Source of the DNA: an uncultured Bacteroidales bacterium
GTDB lineage: Bacteria > Bacteroidota > Bacteroidia > Bacteroidales > UBA10428
Assembly: GCA_964442665.1 (NCBI GenBank)
Contig: CAYUAV010000001.1
Coordinates: 315-29,507, forward strand
Length of the DNA: 29,193 bases
Reading direction: 5' to 3'
Shown here: piece by piece, positions 9,501-17,988 of the stretch
Layout: every line of letters starts with the position of its first letter
Numbering within the stretch: the first letter of the stretch is position 1
Made by a program: the position numbers and the translations under genes
Notes under the pieces: model-generated
Seen by the model: only the letters and a program-made list of their open reading frames with translations
What the model was told of the DNA's origin: nothing
The model's database searches: none

Positions 9501-10007
9501 AAGACTCTGGGTCCTCGCTTTGGGAAGCTGATGAAACCGATATCGACAGCAATTGCAGGTTTCAAGCAAGAGAACATTTCTGAATTTGAATCTCAGGGTA
9601 ACTATCTGCTTATTATTGACGGTCAGGAAGTACAGCTTTCACTCGACGATGTTGAAATTATTTCTGAAGACATACCCGGATGGCTTGTCGCGAATGAAGG
9701 GCGGCTTACAGTAGCTCTCGATATAACATTGACCGACGAATTAAGGCAGGAAGGTATAGCACGCGAATTCGTAAATCGGATTCAGAACTTGCGGAAAGAG
9801 ATCGGACTGGATGTTACCGACAAAATTCAGGTGATTATCGTAAAACAAAATGATATTCTGCCTGCTGTAAAGAATTATGGAAAGTACATCGGCATGCAAA
9901 CGCTTGCCAGTTCGCTCGAACTTGTTGATGAACTTCCTAAGGATCAAGCTGTTGAAGTGATTCTTGACGATACCATTAAAACATTTATAATGGTTAAGAA
10001 GAATTAA
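6570..10007 (+). CDS. ileS: Isoleucine--tRNA ligase, type 2 (IleRS2)
   Basis: YEGPPSANG-x-PGIHH, GWDTHGLPVE, DWNLSRSRFWGTPLP, EGVDQTRGWF, KMSKR (8637-8651); C-terminal EGIAREFVNRIQNLRK of type 2, with no C-terminal Zn finger. Confidence 0.98.
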   Translation: MNTKFPEYKPFDLSKINDEIRKQWDKLDVFKQSLSIRKHNKAFIFYEGPPSANGIPGIHHVMSRTIKDIFCRYKTLKGYLVERKAGWDTHGLPVELSVETMLKITKEDIGNKISVKEYNNTCKKEVMRYTREWEELTRKMGYWIDMDHPYITYDNRYIETLWYLLKELYKRDMLYEGYTIQPYSPAAGTGLSSHELNQPGCYRDVKDTTCVAQFKVLRNERSERLFDGVDTDLFFLAWTTTPWTLPSNTALAVGENISYSKIRTFNPYTSEPITVILASDLLPVYFDHDISDLPLEAYHEGDKNIPYKVLATYKGKQLKGIQYEQLIGWIKPEGKAFEVLLGDFVTTEDGTGIVHIAPTFGADDLRVAQQNGVAALTILDNNGNNAPLVDKKGRFYRIKDINSEFVARYVDRKSYEEYAGRYVKNEYDESLSPDDPTVDIDIVVMLKKTGKNFRIEKHVHNYPHCWRTDKPVLYYPLDSWFIRTTALKDRLIALNNTINWKPESTGTGRFGKWLENLVDWNLSRSRFWGTPLPIWISEDKSEQKCIGSVSELKKEIDKAVKAGFMPENPLGAYRENDFTSENYNQFDLHRPFVDEVILVSDSGHKMFREADLIDVWFDSGAMPYAQVHYPFNMKDEQFKSIYPADFIAEGVDQTRGWFFTLHAIAGMIFDSVAFKNIISNGLVLDKNGNKMSKRLGNAIDPFETIDKFGSDPLRWYMITNSQPWDNLKFDIDGVEEVRRKFFGTLYNTYSFFALYANVDNYDHSQPEIAVKDRPEIDRWIISLLNTLIKDVGEYYENYEPTKAGRAIQDFVIENLSNWYVRLNRKRYWGGEFDQDKISAYQTLYTCLETIAILASPIAPFYCDKIFCDLNNRSKNYVIDSVHLIDFPEYNKAYIDKDLEQRMEIAQNISSMILGLRRKVNIKVRQPLSKIMIPVLDSKFEKQIKAVSSLILSEVNVKEIEFLTDTSDILLKKIKPNFKTLGPRFGKLMKPISTAIAGFKQENISEFESQGNYLLIIDGQEVQLSLDDVEIISEDIPGWLVANEGRLTVALDITLTDELRQEGIAREFVNRIQNLRKEIGLDVTDKIQVIIVKQNDILPAVKNYGKYIGMQTLASSLELVDELPKDQAVEVILDDTIKTFIMVKKN

Positions 10008-10020
10008 TTTAATAATAAAC

Positions 10021-10028
10021 TATATTTG
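10021..10028 (+). promoter_or_regulatory. Possible internal -7 element (TATATTTG) upstream of dksA
   Basis: Exact TAnnTTTG in the 59-nt intergenic gap; no -33 match. Confidence 0.3.
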
Positions 10029-10066
10029 ATATATTATACTTTTTAAATAGACTAAATCATTGAACT

Positions 10067-10444
10067 ATGGCTGAGAAGACAAGATATTCTGATGAAGAGC
10101 TTAATGAATTTAAACAAATAATTCTGGACAAGCTCGATAAGGCCAAAAAGGATTACGATTTACTTAAAAGCGCAATTACTCAAAGTGAAAGTAATGATAC
10201 ACAGGATACTTCACCAACATTTAAAGTTCTTGAAGAAGGAGCAGCAACGCTTTCAAAAGAAGAATCCGGAAAATTGGCTCAGCGTCAACAAAAATTTATA
10301 CAGCACTTACAGGCAGCCCTTGTGCGGATCGAGAACAAGACTTATGGCATTTGCCGGGAAACGGGAAAGTTAATTTCGAAAGAACGTTTGCGTGCAGTGC
10401 CTCATGCAACCCTTTCTATCGATGCCAAACAAAAACAGAAATAA
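10067..10444 (+). CDS. dksA: TraR/DksA family transcription factor (Zn-independent-type motif)
   Basis: Coiled-coil N-terminus, then ALVRIENKTYGICRETGKLISKERLRAVPHATLSIDA; ileS-dksA-lspA order. Confidence 0.85.
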   Translation: MAEKTRYSDEELNEFKQIILDKLDKAKKDYDLLKSAITQSESNDTQDTSPTFKVLEEGAATLSKEESGKLAQRQQKFIQHLQAALVRIENKTYGICRETGKLISKERLRAVPHATLSIDAKQKQK

Positions 10445-10540
10445 GTTATTGTATGAAAGGTAATAGATACTTCAATGATTGGAGTTTGCTCCGATCATTT
10501 TTTATTTTCATTACTATTCCAATTGATAATACTATTCCGA

Positions 10541-11152
10541 ATGAATTTAACCCGTAAAGCTTTGTTGGTTGTATTCCTGATATTGATAATCGATCAGGTT
10601 CTGAAATTTTATGTTAAAACTACCATGCCTCTTGGGGCAACCCAACCTGTTATTGGGAACTGGTTTCTGATCCGTTTTATTGAAAATCCGGGAATGGCCT
10701 TTGGGATTGATATTCCCGGGAAAATCGGCAAACCAGCATTGACTATTTTCCGCATTATTGCTGCTACTCTTATAGGGTTATATCTCCGGTCACTTATACT
10801 TAAGAAGGCATCAGCCGGTTTTGTAATTTGCATAGCCATGATTTTTGCCGGTGCATTGGGCAACATTATCGATTCGCTTTTTTATGGGGTTATTTTCAGC
10901 GAAAGCACGTATTTTGAAACAGCAAAAATATTTCCGCATGGAGGAGGCTATGCTCCATTACTTAGTGGCAGGGTAGTGGATATGCTATATTTTCCGATAT
11001 TTGAAAGTACTTATCCCGATTGGTTTCCAATATGGGGAGGACAAAAATTTATTTTTTTCCGTCCTATATTTAACATTGCTGATTCGGCAATTTCGATTGG
11101 AGTTGCCTCTATTTTTATCTTCCAGCGAAAGTACCTGAAAGAAATGAAATAA
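10541..11152 (+). CDS. lspA: Lipoprotein signal peptidase (SPase II)
   Basis: IDQVLK, ENPGMAFG, GALGNIID, GRVVDM and FNIAD catalytic motifs. ATG 10541 preferred over the ORF-track start at 10475. Confidence 0.95.
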   Translation: MNLTRKALLVVFLILIIDQVLKFYVKTTMPLGATQPVIGNWFLIRFIENPGMAFGIDIPGKIGKPALTIFRIIAATLIGLYLRSLILKKASAGFVICIAMIFAGALGNIIDSLFYGVIFSESTYFETAKIFPHGGGYAPLLSGRVVDMLYFPIFESTYPDWFPIWGGQKFIFFRPIFNIADSAISIGVASIFIFQRKYLKEMK

Positions 11153-11222
11153 GAAATAAATCTTCTTTCACTCTTTTTTCATCAGTACAGGATATCAATT
11201 CTTTAATTTCCTGTGATTATAT

Positions 11223-11230
11223 TAATTTTG
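11223..11230 (+). promoter_or_regulatory. Putative -7 element (TAATTTTG) for the ROK kinase
   Basis: Exact TAnnTTTG followed by TGCC, about 32 nt before the ATG. Confidence 0.45.
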
Positions 11231-11262
11231 TGCCACTAAAAAACAATTAAAATCTAGTGATA

Positions 11263-12225
11263 ATGAGGGAAGTTGTTATTGGTATTGATATTGGGGGCAC
11301 TTTTACGAAATATGGCATTATTGACACAGATGGGCATTGTTTAAAGGAAAATTTTACCAACACCGACAAATATTCCGATTTTGATGTTTACCTGGAAAAC
11401 CTTCAAACTGAAATTGAAGAAACGATTTCATCCATTAATGAATCAATTGTAATTAAGGGATTGGGAATTGGGGCGCCAAATGGTAATTACTGCAGGGGAA
11501 CAATTGAAGATGCCCCGAATCTGAACTGGAAAGGTACCATTCCGTTTGTAGAAAAAATAAAAACCCATTATCCAGGGATTCCGGTTGTTCTCACAAACGA
11601 TGCGAATGCTGCTGCATTGGGCGAGATGATATACGGTGGTGCCAAGGGGATGAAAGACTTTATCGTAATTACCCTGGGGACAGGTCTTGGTAGCGGTATT
11701 GTGGTGAATGGGGATTTGGTATATGGGCATGATGGCTTTGCCGGTGAATTAGGCCATATGAATGTAAAACATCGGGGAAGGGCGTGTCGCTGTGGTAAGC
11801 GTGGGTGTCTTGAAACCTATGTTTCAGCCACAGGAATAAAACGAACAGTCTTTAAATTATTATCAGAACAGATCATGGAGAGTGAACTTCGCAATTACAG
11901 CTATGAAGATTTAACATCAATAATGATCTCGGAAGCAGCCAAAAAAGGTGATGAAATAGCGTTAGAAGCTTTTGAGATCACAGGAAGAATATTAGGTGTT
12001 AAATTAGCCGATGCAGTTGCCTGTACAAGTCCGGAAGCAATATTTTTGTTCGGAGGATTGGCAAAAGCCGGTGATATTCTTATTGAGCCAACAAAACAGT
12101 ATATGGAAGAAAACCTATTTCCTATCTACAGGGGAAAAATAAAGTTATTGGTCTCAAATCTTCAGGAGACTAACGCTGCAATATTAGGTGCTTCAGCTTT
12201 AGCATGGAAAGAGTTGCAAAAGTAA
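11263..12225 (+). CDS. ROK family sugar kinase (glucokinase-like)
   Basis: GIDIGGT, NDANAAALGE, ITLGTGLGSG, GELGH, CRCGKRGCLETY zinc motif. Confidence 0.93.
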   Translation: MREVVIGIDIGGTFTKYGIIDTDGHCLKENFTNTDKYSDFDVYLENLQTEIEETISSINESIVIKGLGIGAPNGNYCRGTIEDAPNLNWKGTIPFVEKIKTHYPGIPVVLTNDANAAALGEMIYGGAKGMKDFIVITLGTGLGSGIVVNGDLVYGHDGFAGELGHMNVKHRGRACRCGKRGCLETYVSATGIKRTVFKLLSEQIMESELRNYSYEDLTSIMISEAAKKGDEIALEAFEITGRILGVKLADAVACTSPEAIFLFGGLAKAGDILIEPTKQYMEENLFPIYRGKIKLLVSNLQETNAAILGASALAWKELQK

Positions 12226-12278
12226 AAATTTTTAACTTACTTATCGCTTGTCAATGAAAGTAAAAATTGACAGGTTTT

Positions 12279-12656
12279 ATGGATACATTTCTTAAAGGGA
12301 AAAGCATATTGGTAGTTGAAGATGAGGAAACTAACTGGTTTCTCATCCGGGATATTTTAGAAACTTACCAGGCTTTGACAACATGGGCAGATTTGGGCGC
12401 CAAGGCCATCGACCTGATAAAAAGTGGTGTAAACTTTGATGCTGTGTTAATGGATATTAATCTTCCGTCAATGGACGGTTTGGAAGTTTCGCGAAATATA
12501 AAAAAAATACGCCCCGACATACCTATTATTGCGCAAACAGCTTATGCCCTTGATAATGAAATAGAAAATTGTTATGCGGCAGGGTGTTCCGGGCATGTAA
12601 TTAAACCTTTTACTATAGCTGAACTTATTACTGCCCTTCGAAAAGTAATCGATTAA
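12279..12656 (+). CDS. Single-domain response regulator (receiver only)
   Basis: ILVVEDE, VLMDINLPSMDG, IIAQTAYA, KPF; no output domain. Alternative TTG start at 12267. Confidence 0.9.
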   Translation: MDTFLKGKSILVVEDEETNWFLIRDILETYQALTTWADLGAKAIDLIKSGVNFDAVLMDINLPSMDGLEVSRNIKKIRPDIPIIAQTAYALDNEIENCYAAGCSGHVIKPFTIAELITALRKVID

Positions 12657-12667
12657 TTTGGAGTCTC

Positions 12668-13333
12668 TTACGTGATTGTGTTTTTTATCGCTTCGTTAAG
12701 GAACTTAACAAAAGGGGAAGATACTTTGAAGCAGGTTATTATTTTCTGGAGAATATCAGTCTTCATCATCTCTCTGTCGTTTTCCATTCTAATAAGCCCG
12801 TAATTTTTAAATTTTAAAAGTTCTATATCGTCAAAATCCTTCGGGAATCCCCTGGGAGGAGATTTTAATTTTTCTCCGGTTATATCTCCGAATAGTTTCC
12901 TAAGATGATCTTCCTGAATAATGTTTTTAAATTCTTCGGTAAATGTATAGATATCTCCACGTATTGCATTTAATACCGGTGTTGGTGGTTGATAAATTCC
13001 TGAGGCAATTAAACTGGCACCAGGTTCAATATGCAGATAATATCCCGCATTCATTGCCTTACGTCCGCCGGGAGTCAAAAAGGCTCCGAAATTTGTTTTA
13101 TACGGCGATTTATCCACAGAGAAACGCACATCGCGAAATATCCTGAATATGCAATCTTTAGGTTGAAGACCTGCAATGCTATTGTCAAACTGCGATACTT
13201 CATGAAGCAGAATTTCTGTAAAGCTTTCAAACTCCTGCTTTGCGTCCTGGAACAATTTCTTATTGTTATGATACCACTCCCTGTTATTGTTCTCTTTCAG
13301 TTGGTTAAGGAAATGGAATGATTTTTCGAACAC
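12668..13333 (-). CDS. DUF2461 family protein (TIGR02453-like)
   Basis: FLNQLKENNNREWY, IFRIFRDVRFSVDKSPYKTN, GYYLHIEPG, LKSPPRGFPKD; GTG start. Confidence 0.88.
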   Translation of the reverse strand: MFEKSFHFLNQLKENNNREWYHNNKKLFQDAKQEFESFTEILLHEVSQFDNSIAGLQPKDCIFRIFRDVRFSVDKSPYKTNFGAFLTPGGRKAMNAGYYLHIEPGASLIASGIYQPPTPVLNAIRGDIYTFTEEFKNIIQEDHLRKLFGDITGEKLKSPPRGFPKDFDDIELLKFKNYGLIRMENDREMMKTDILQKIITCFKVSSPFVKFLNEAIKNTIT

Positions 13334-13400
13334 AGTGAATTATTTTTTAACAGAATAAAAGTACTTCAATTGAATGTAAGAACCTTACCCGGCAATTTAT

Positions 13401-13408
13401 TATATTTG
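13401..13408 (+). promoter_or_regulatory. Putative -7 element (TATATTTG) for ispD
   Basis: Exact TAnnTTTG in an AT-rich divergent intergenic region. Confidence 0.35.
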
Positions 13409-13494
13409 AAATAATACTCATTTTCTGTAAAATTTCTTATGCATTGTAATATTTCATTTTTCATATATGATAATAAATAAAATAAGTCATTGAT

Positions 13495-14172
13495 ATGAAA
13501 AAAGTTGCTGTTATCGTTGCCGGTGGCTTAGGAACCCGGATGCAGTCGGAAATACTGAAACAATTTCTTGCACTTAATGGTTTACCGGTCCTTATGCATA
13601 CCATGAACCGGTTTTATGCTGTTGATACTTCATGCGAATTACGGGTAGTTCTTCCTGATTCCGAAATCGAGAACTGGAATAAGCTATGTAAAGATTATAA
13701 CTTTACGCTGCCTCATAAAATATTTTCCGGTGGAGAAACAAGATATTATTCTGTCAAAAACGGATTACAGGATCTGCCCTCTTCATCAATAGTTGCAATA
13801 CATGATGGTGTTCGGCCGCTGGTAAGTACCGGAACTATAAATCGCTGTTATGAATTGGCTGAAAAAAATGGGACAGCAGTTCCGGTTGTACCTGTATCAG
13901 AATCAATTCGGCAGGTTGAAGGAGAAGATTCCGTCTCAGTTGAACGTACATTGTTTCGTCTGGTTCAGACACCCCAGGTATTTAATTCAGATATTCTTCT
14001 CGATGCCTATAATTTGCCTTTTGAAGAATCTTTTACGGATGATGCCAGCGTTATCGAAAAAGCAGGATATAAAATTTATCTCACGGAAGGTAATGAAGAG
14101 AATATAAAAATCACCTCCCAGCGGGATATGCTGATTGCTGAAATTTTTCTTCAGCGAATGGGAATTATTTAA
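13495..14172 (+). CDS. ispD: 2-C-methyl-D-erythritol 4-phosphate cytidylyltransferase
   Basis: IVAGGLGTRM...KQFL, GGETRYYSVKNGL, VAIHDGVRP, VQTPQVF, FTDDASV, NIKIT. Confidence 0.95.
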   Translation: MKKVAVIVAGGLGTRMQSEILKQFLALNGLPVLMHTMNRFYAVDTSCELRVVLPDSEIENWNKLCKDYNFTLPHKIFSGGETRYYSVKNGLQDLPSSSIVAIHDGVRPLVSTGTINRCYELAEKNGTAVPVVPVSESIRQVEGEDSVSVERTLFRLVQTPQVFNSDILLDAYNLPFEESFTDDASVIEKAGYKIYLTEGNEENIKITSQRDMLIAEIFLQRMGII

Positions 14173-14859
14173 CTACTCAGCCAATTTTTCGACAATTCCG
14201 TTTCCTTTCTTCTCAATTTCAACAATGGCAGGTTCGCACGAATAGCTGATGTAACCTCCTATTTTTGATTCGGCTTTAAGTTTTTTCGTGGCGCAAACCT
14301 TACCTTTTCCGCCAAAAGAGGCCTGGATATCTACAAAATTTCCCTCCAGTTCAAAGGCTGAATAAGTGGCATTAGTATTAACACTGACAATTTGGGTATT
14401 GGCATAACCATCAGCAGTAAGTAAACTGCCTTCAGTTAAAAGTACATCAAGATAATCCACATCCAGGTCGAGATAAGCCTTTCCTCCGCTACGCAGGATA
14501 ATTTTTAAGGTATCAGTTTTAAGAACATTATATGTCGATACTTCTGCATTACCCATTACTTCTATCTCCTTTATAATAGAAGGGCAGCGGAGCTTTGCAG
14601 TTACTTTCCCGCTGCAATTGATACTGCTAGTTAATTTTAGTGTCAATATACCATCTTCAATAGTGTTTATCAAACAATTTATATTCAGGTCGGGCGATTT
14701 TATATCAAGGGTATAATCCTGTGAACGCTCTATCTCCAAGAATATTCCGCTGGATACTTTTATTTTTTCAACTGTCTCAATAGGTTTTATTTCCTGTGCA
14801 GGACAATTCGTATTTTTTATAAGGATGATGCTTAGAGGGATAAGTAAATACAATTTCAT
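14173..14859 (-). CDS. Head GIN domain (DUF2807) secreted beta-helix protein
   Basis: Signal peptide-like N-terminus; KIKVSSGIFLEI, repeated small-residue beta-strand pattern, KLKAESKIGGYISYSCEP...GNGIVEK terminus. Confidence 0.75.
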   Translation of the reverse strand: MKLYLLIPLSIILIKNTNCPAQEIKPIETVEKIKVSSGIFLEIERSQDYTLDIKSPDLNINCLINTIEDGILTLKLTSSINCSGKVTAKLRCPSIIKEIEVMGNAEVSTYNVLKTDTLKIILRSGGKAYLDLDVDYLDVLLTEGSLLTADGYANTQIVSVNTNATYSAFELEGNFVDIQASFGGKGKVCATKKLKAESKIGGYISYSCEPAIVEIEKKGNGIVEKLAE

Positions 14860-14992
14860 AGTTTATAAGGTTTTAATTTGAAAATAAAGATCACACGAGT
14901 TATATTTTATATAAAGATACAATATGTTTTCTGAGGTATCAATTTTCAACTTAACTTACGTAGCAGGTGAAATTTTTAGTATAAAATAAAAA

Positions 14993-15017
14993 GAGGCTGC
15001 AAAGAAATTACAGCCTC
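14993..15017 (-). terminator. Intrinsic terminator for the WM-repeat gene
   Basis: GAGGCTG/CAGCCTC stem; on the minus strand it is followed by a T-run (complement of A14988-14992); 35 nt past the stop. Confidence 0.7.
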
Positions 15018-15051
15018 AATTTACTAACTACGTAAATCTTCACTTACGCGC

Positions 15052-15468
15052 CTAACTTGTTGCCCATGAAGTTAAATCGAACATCCAGCTTTCCATTTCA
15101 AATTCCGGTTCGACCTGGTTATTACTCCAGTCAAAATGCCGAACGTCAATCATCCATTTTTCAAGTTGAATTGATCCTTCACTTGTGGAATTTCCCCAGG
15201 ATTGCTGATCAGGCCTTAACATCCATTGCTCAACCGATAATGCATTCTCTACTTCTGTAATATTCGTCTCACTTTTACTAACCCATGTTGAAAGATCGAC
15301 CATCCAGGATTTAATTCCAAAATCTGCCTGATTGTAATAACTGTCCTCACTAATTGTTGTGTTGCTTTTTGGTGCTGTTGCCCCAACGATTCCGGAAAAA
15401 ACAACTGAAATTAAAATAAGCGCCGTTACAATCTTTGTTTTCATATTCAACCTGATTTTGGTTTTCAT
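15052..15468 (-). CDS. Small secreted hypothetical protein with four W-M-x-D-x(3-5)-W-type repeats
   Basis: Signal peptide (MKTKIVTALILISVVFSGIVGA from the alternative ATG at 15444), own terminator, regular internal repeats. Confidence 0.8.
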   Translation of the reverse strand: MKTKIRLNMKTKIVTALILISVVFSGIVGATAPKSNTTISEDSYYNQADFGIKSWMVDLSTWVSKSETNITEVENALSVEQWMLRPDQQSWGNSTSEGSIQLEKWMIDVRHFDWSNNQVEPEFEMESWMFDLTSWATS

Positions 15469-15695
15469 GGTTTTGGTTTTGACGCGATATGCTCATTAAA
15501 TGTGCCAAAAAATGTAAAGCATTATATGTCAGAATTATATGTAAAAAATTTAATGGTAATCAGAGTTTATATTGATCGGTTTATATACATACCATGTACG
15601 ATAATGGACATATTTTTTTTTTCATATCATTAAACTAATTTTATTAGCAATCATAAAAACGTGATTTTTACAGTTCTTACATAAAAAAGCATCAC

Positions 15696-16613
15696 ATGTC
15701 ATTAAAAGTTGAATCACTTTCAAAATCATTCGGAAAGCAAAAAGCTGTTGATAATGTATCGTTTACCATAAATAATGGAGAAGTTGCAGGCTTCGTAGGC
15801 CCAAACGGATCAGGCAAATCGACCACAATGAAATGTATTTGCGGGATTCTCTCAAAAGATGAAGGTCGTATTGAAGTTTCAGGAGTTAATATTGAGGAAG
15901 ATATTCTTGCCATAAAGAGAATCATTGGATTTCTTCCGGAGCACAATCCGCTTCATCCCGACTTATACGTGAGGGAATATCTGGGGTATATAGATAGTTT
16001 TTACAACAAATCGGCCAATAGGATTCAACGTATTAATGAAGTTATTGAATTAACGGGTCTTACGCGTGAAATGCATAAAAAAATAGGCCAGCTTTCGAAA
16101 GGCTACCGGCAACGTGTAGGACTTGCTCAGGCTATTATACATAATCCTCAGGTACTGATACTTGATGAGCCTACAACTGGTCTGGATCCCAATCAGATCG
16201 TTGAAATCCGGAATCTTATATCAAACCTGTCAAAGGAAAAAACCGTACTTCTCTCAACCCATATATTACAGGAGGTGGAAGCGATATGTGACAGAGTTAT
16301 TGTTATTAATGAAGGAAAAATAGTTGCAGATGGTACTTCACGTTCAATTATGAAAGAAAACAGGGGTGAAACACAAACCATTTATCTTGAATTTAGTATA
16401 AAGGTTGATAAAGATATCTTGAAAAGGATTAAATCGGTTACACAGGTTAAAATGCTAGGTGAGCGGGAATTTTTAGTTGAAGGAAGATCGGATAATGATT
16501 TGCGTGAAGAATTATTTCACTTTGCCTCCGAAAACCGGCTTTCATTGCTGACGCTTCAAAAAAAGGAAGAGACACTGGAAGAGGCCTTTAGGGAATTAAC
16601 CAGGAAGAAGTAA
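15696..16613 (+). CDS. gldA: ABC transporter ATP-binding protein, GldA type
   Basis: Walker [29 protein letters not shown], signature [44 protein letters not shown] terminus. Confidence 0.82.
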   Translation: MSLKVESLSKSFGKQKAVDNVSFTINNGEVAGFVGPNGSGKSTTMKCICGILSKDEGRIEVSGVNIEEDILAIKRIIGFLPEHNPLHPDLYVREYLGYIDSFYNKSANRIQRINEVIELTGLTREMHKKIGQLSKGYRQRVGLAQAIIHNPQVLILDEPTTGLDPNQIVEIRNLISNLSKEKTVLLSTHILQEVEAICDRVIVINEGKIVADGTSRSIMKENRGETQTIYLEFSIKVDKDILKRIKSVTQVKMLGEREFLVEGRSDNDLREELFHFASENRLSLLTLQKKEETLEEAFRELTRKK

Positions 16614-16615
16614 CA

Positions 16616-16646
16616 TTTGCCGGAATTAAAAAAAGGAATAAATTTG
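16616..16646 (+). promoter_or_regulatory. Consensus Bacteroidota promoter for metK
   Basis: TTTG (16616-16619), 19 nt, then TAAATTTG (16639-16646); full match to the -33/-7 consensus. Confidence 0.7.
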
Positions 16647-16675
16647 AAGTCTTTTATCAAAAACTAAATAAAATT

Positions 16676-17926
16676 ATGAGTTATTTATTCACATCAGAAT
16701 CGGTGTCGGAAGGACATCCCGATAAAATTGCAGATCAGATCAGTGATGCTTTGTTAGATGAATTTTTAAAACAGGATCCAAATTCGAAGGTTGCATGCGA
16801 AACACTTGTAACAACAGGTCTGGTTGTGTTAAGTGGAGAGGTTAAAACCCACGCTTATATCGATGTACAGAAAGTGGCACGGGAAGTTATTAAGGAAATT
16901 GGATATACTGATTCGGATTATATGTTTGAAGGAGATTCCTGTGGAGTCATTTCAGCTATTCATGAGCAATCACCTGATATTAACAGAGGAGTTGTAAGGC
17001 AGAAAGAAGAGGATCAGGGAGCTGGAGATCAGGGCTTAATGTTTGGATATGCATGCCGGGAAACCGATAACTATATGCCTCTTGCGCTCGAAATATCCCA
17101 TTTACTTCTACAGGTACTGGCAGAAATTCGCCGTGAGAAAAAAGAAATGAAGTACCTGCGTCCTGATTCAAAATCGCAGGTTACAGTGGAGTATACCGAT
17201 GATAATTTACCTTTGAAAATTCATACAATTGTGGTTTCCACGCAGCACGATGAATTCGATACCGATGAAAAGATGCAGGAAGTAATTAAAAGGGATGTTC
17301 GTAACATACTCATTCCCCGTGTTAAAAACTTAGTTCCCGATAGAGTTCAGAAATTATTTAACAATGACCTCATACTGCATGTAAATCCAACGGGTAAGTT
17401 TGTTGTTGGGGGTCCACATGGCGATACCGGTTTAACGGGACGAAAAATCATTGTCGATACTTATGGGGGTAGAGGAGCACATGGAGGAGGAGCATTTTCG
17501 GGTAAGGACAGTTCAAAAGTCGATCGCTCGGCAGCTTATGCGGCAAGGCATATTGCAAAAAACATGGTTGCTGCAGGCATTGCTGACGAGATTCTTGTTC
17601 AGGTAGCCTATGCAATCGGGGTGGCTCGCCCGGTTGGTATTTTTGTGAATACTTACGGAACATCACATATTAATATGTCCGACGGCGCAATTGCAGGCAA
17701 AATCGAACAAATTTTTGATCTTCGTCCTAACCTGATTGTTAAGCGTTTTGGATTGAAAAATCCGGTTTTCAGAGCTACAGCATCATACGGACATATGGGG
17801 CGGACACCTGAAATGAGGACTGTTGTCTTTAAAACCAATGGCTCTGAAGAAAAGCGCGAAGTGGAATTTTTTAGCTGGGAAAAGCTGGATTTTGTTGATC
17901 GTTTAAAACAAGAGTTTAATATTTAG
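16676..17926 (+). CDS. metK: S-adenosylmethionine synthetase
   Basis: [49 protein letters not shown]. Confidence 0.98.
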   Translation: MSYLFTSESVSEGHPDKIADQISDALLDEFLKQDPNSKVACETLVTTGLVVLSGEVKTHAYIDVQKVAREVIKEIGYTDSDYMFEGDSCGVISAIHEQSPDINRGVVRQKEEDQGAGDQGLMFGYACRETDNYMPLALEISHLLLQVLAEIRREKKEMKYLRPDSKSQVTVEYTDDNLPLKIHTIVVSTQHDEFDTDEKMQEVIKRDVRNILIPRVKNLVPDRVQKLFNNDLILHVNPTGKFVVGGPHGDTGLTGRKIIVDTYGGRGAHGGGAFSGKDSSKVDRSAAYAARHIAKNMVAAGIADEILVQVAYAIGVARPVGIFVNTYGTSHINMSDGAIAGKIEQIFDLRPNLIVKRFGLKNPVFRATASYGHMGRTPEMRTVVFKTNGSEEKREVEFFSWEKLDFVDRLKQEFNI

Positions 17927-17988
17927 TTTCTGATTTCTATGTTCCATATTATCTTGAATCCAGACTTAATTAATATGAAAATATCATT

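Noticed and set aside
7302-9947. Several minus-strand ORFs inside ileS
   Set aside because: Typical antisense shadows of a long conserved gene.
14916-14940. GATAC-N15-GTATC inverted repeat upstream of the DUF2807 gene
   Set aside because: Only 5-bp arms; not supportable without comparative data.
16614-16675. SAM riboswitch upstream of metK
   Set aside because: The gap is 62 nt, filled by a consensus promoter, and has no aptamer motifs.
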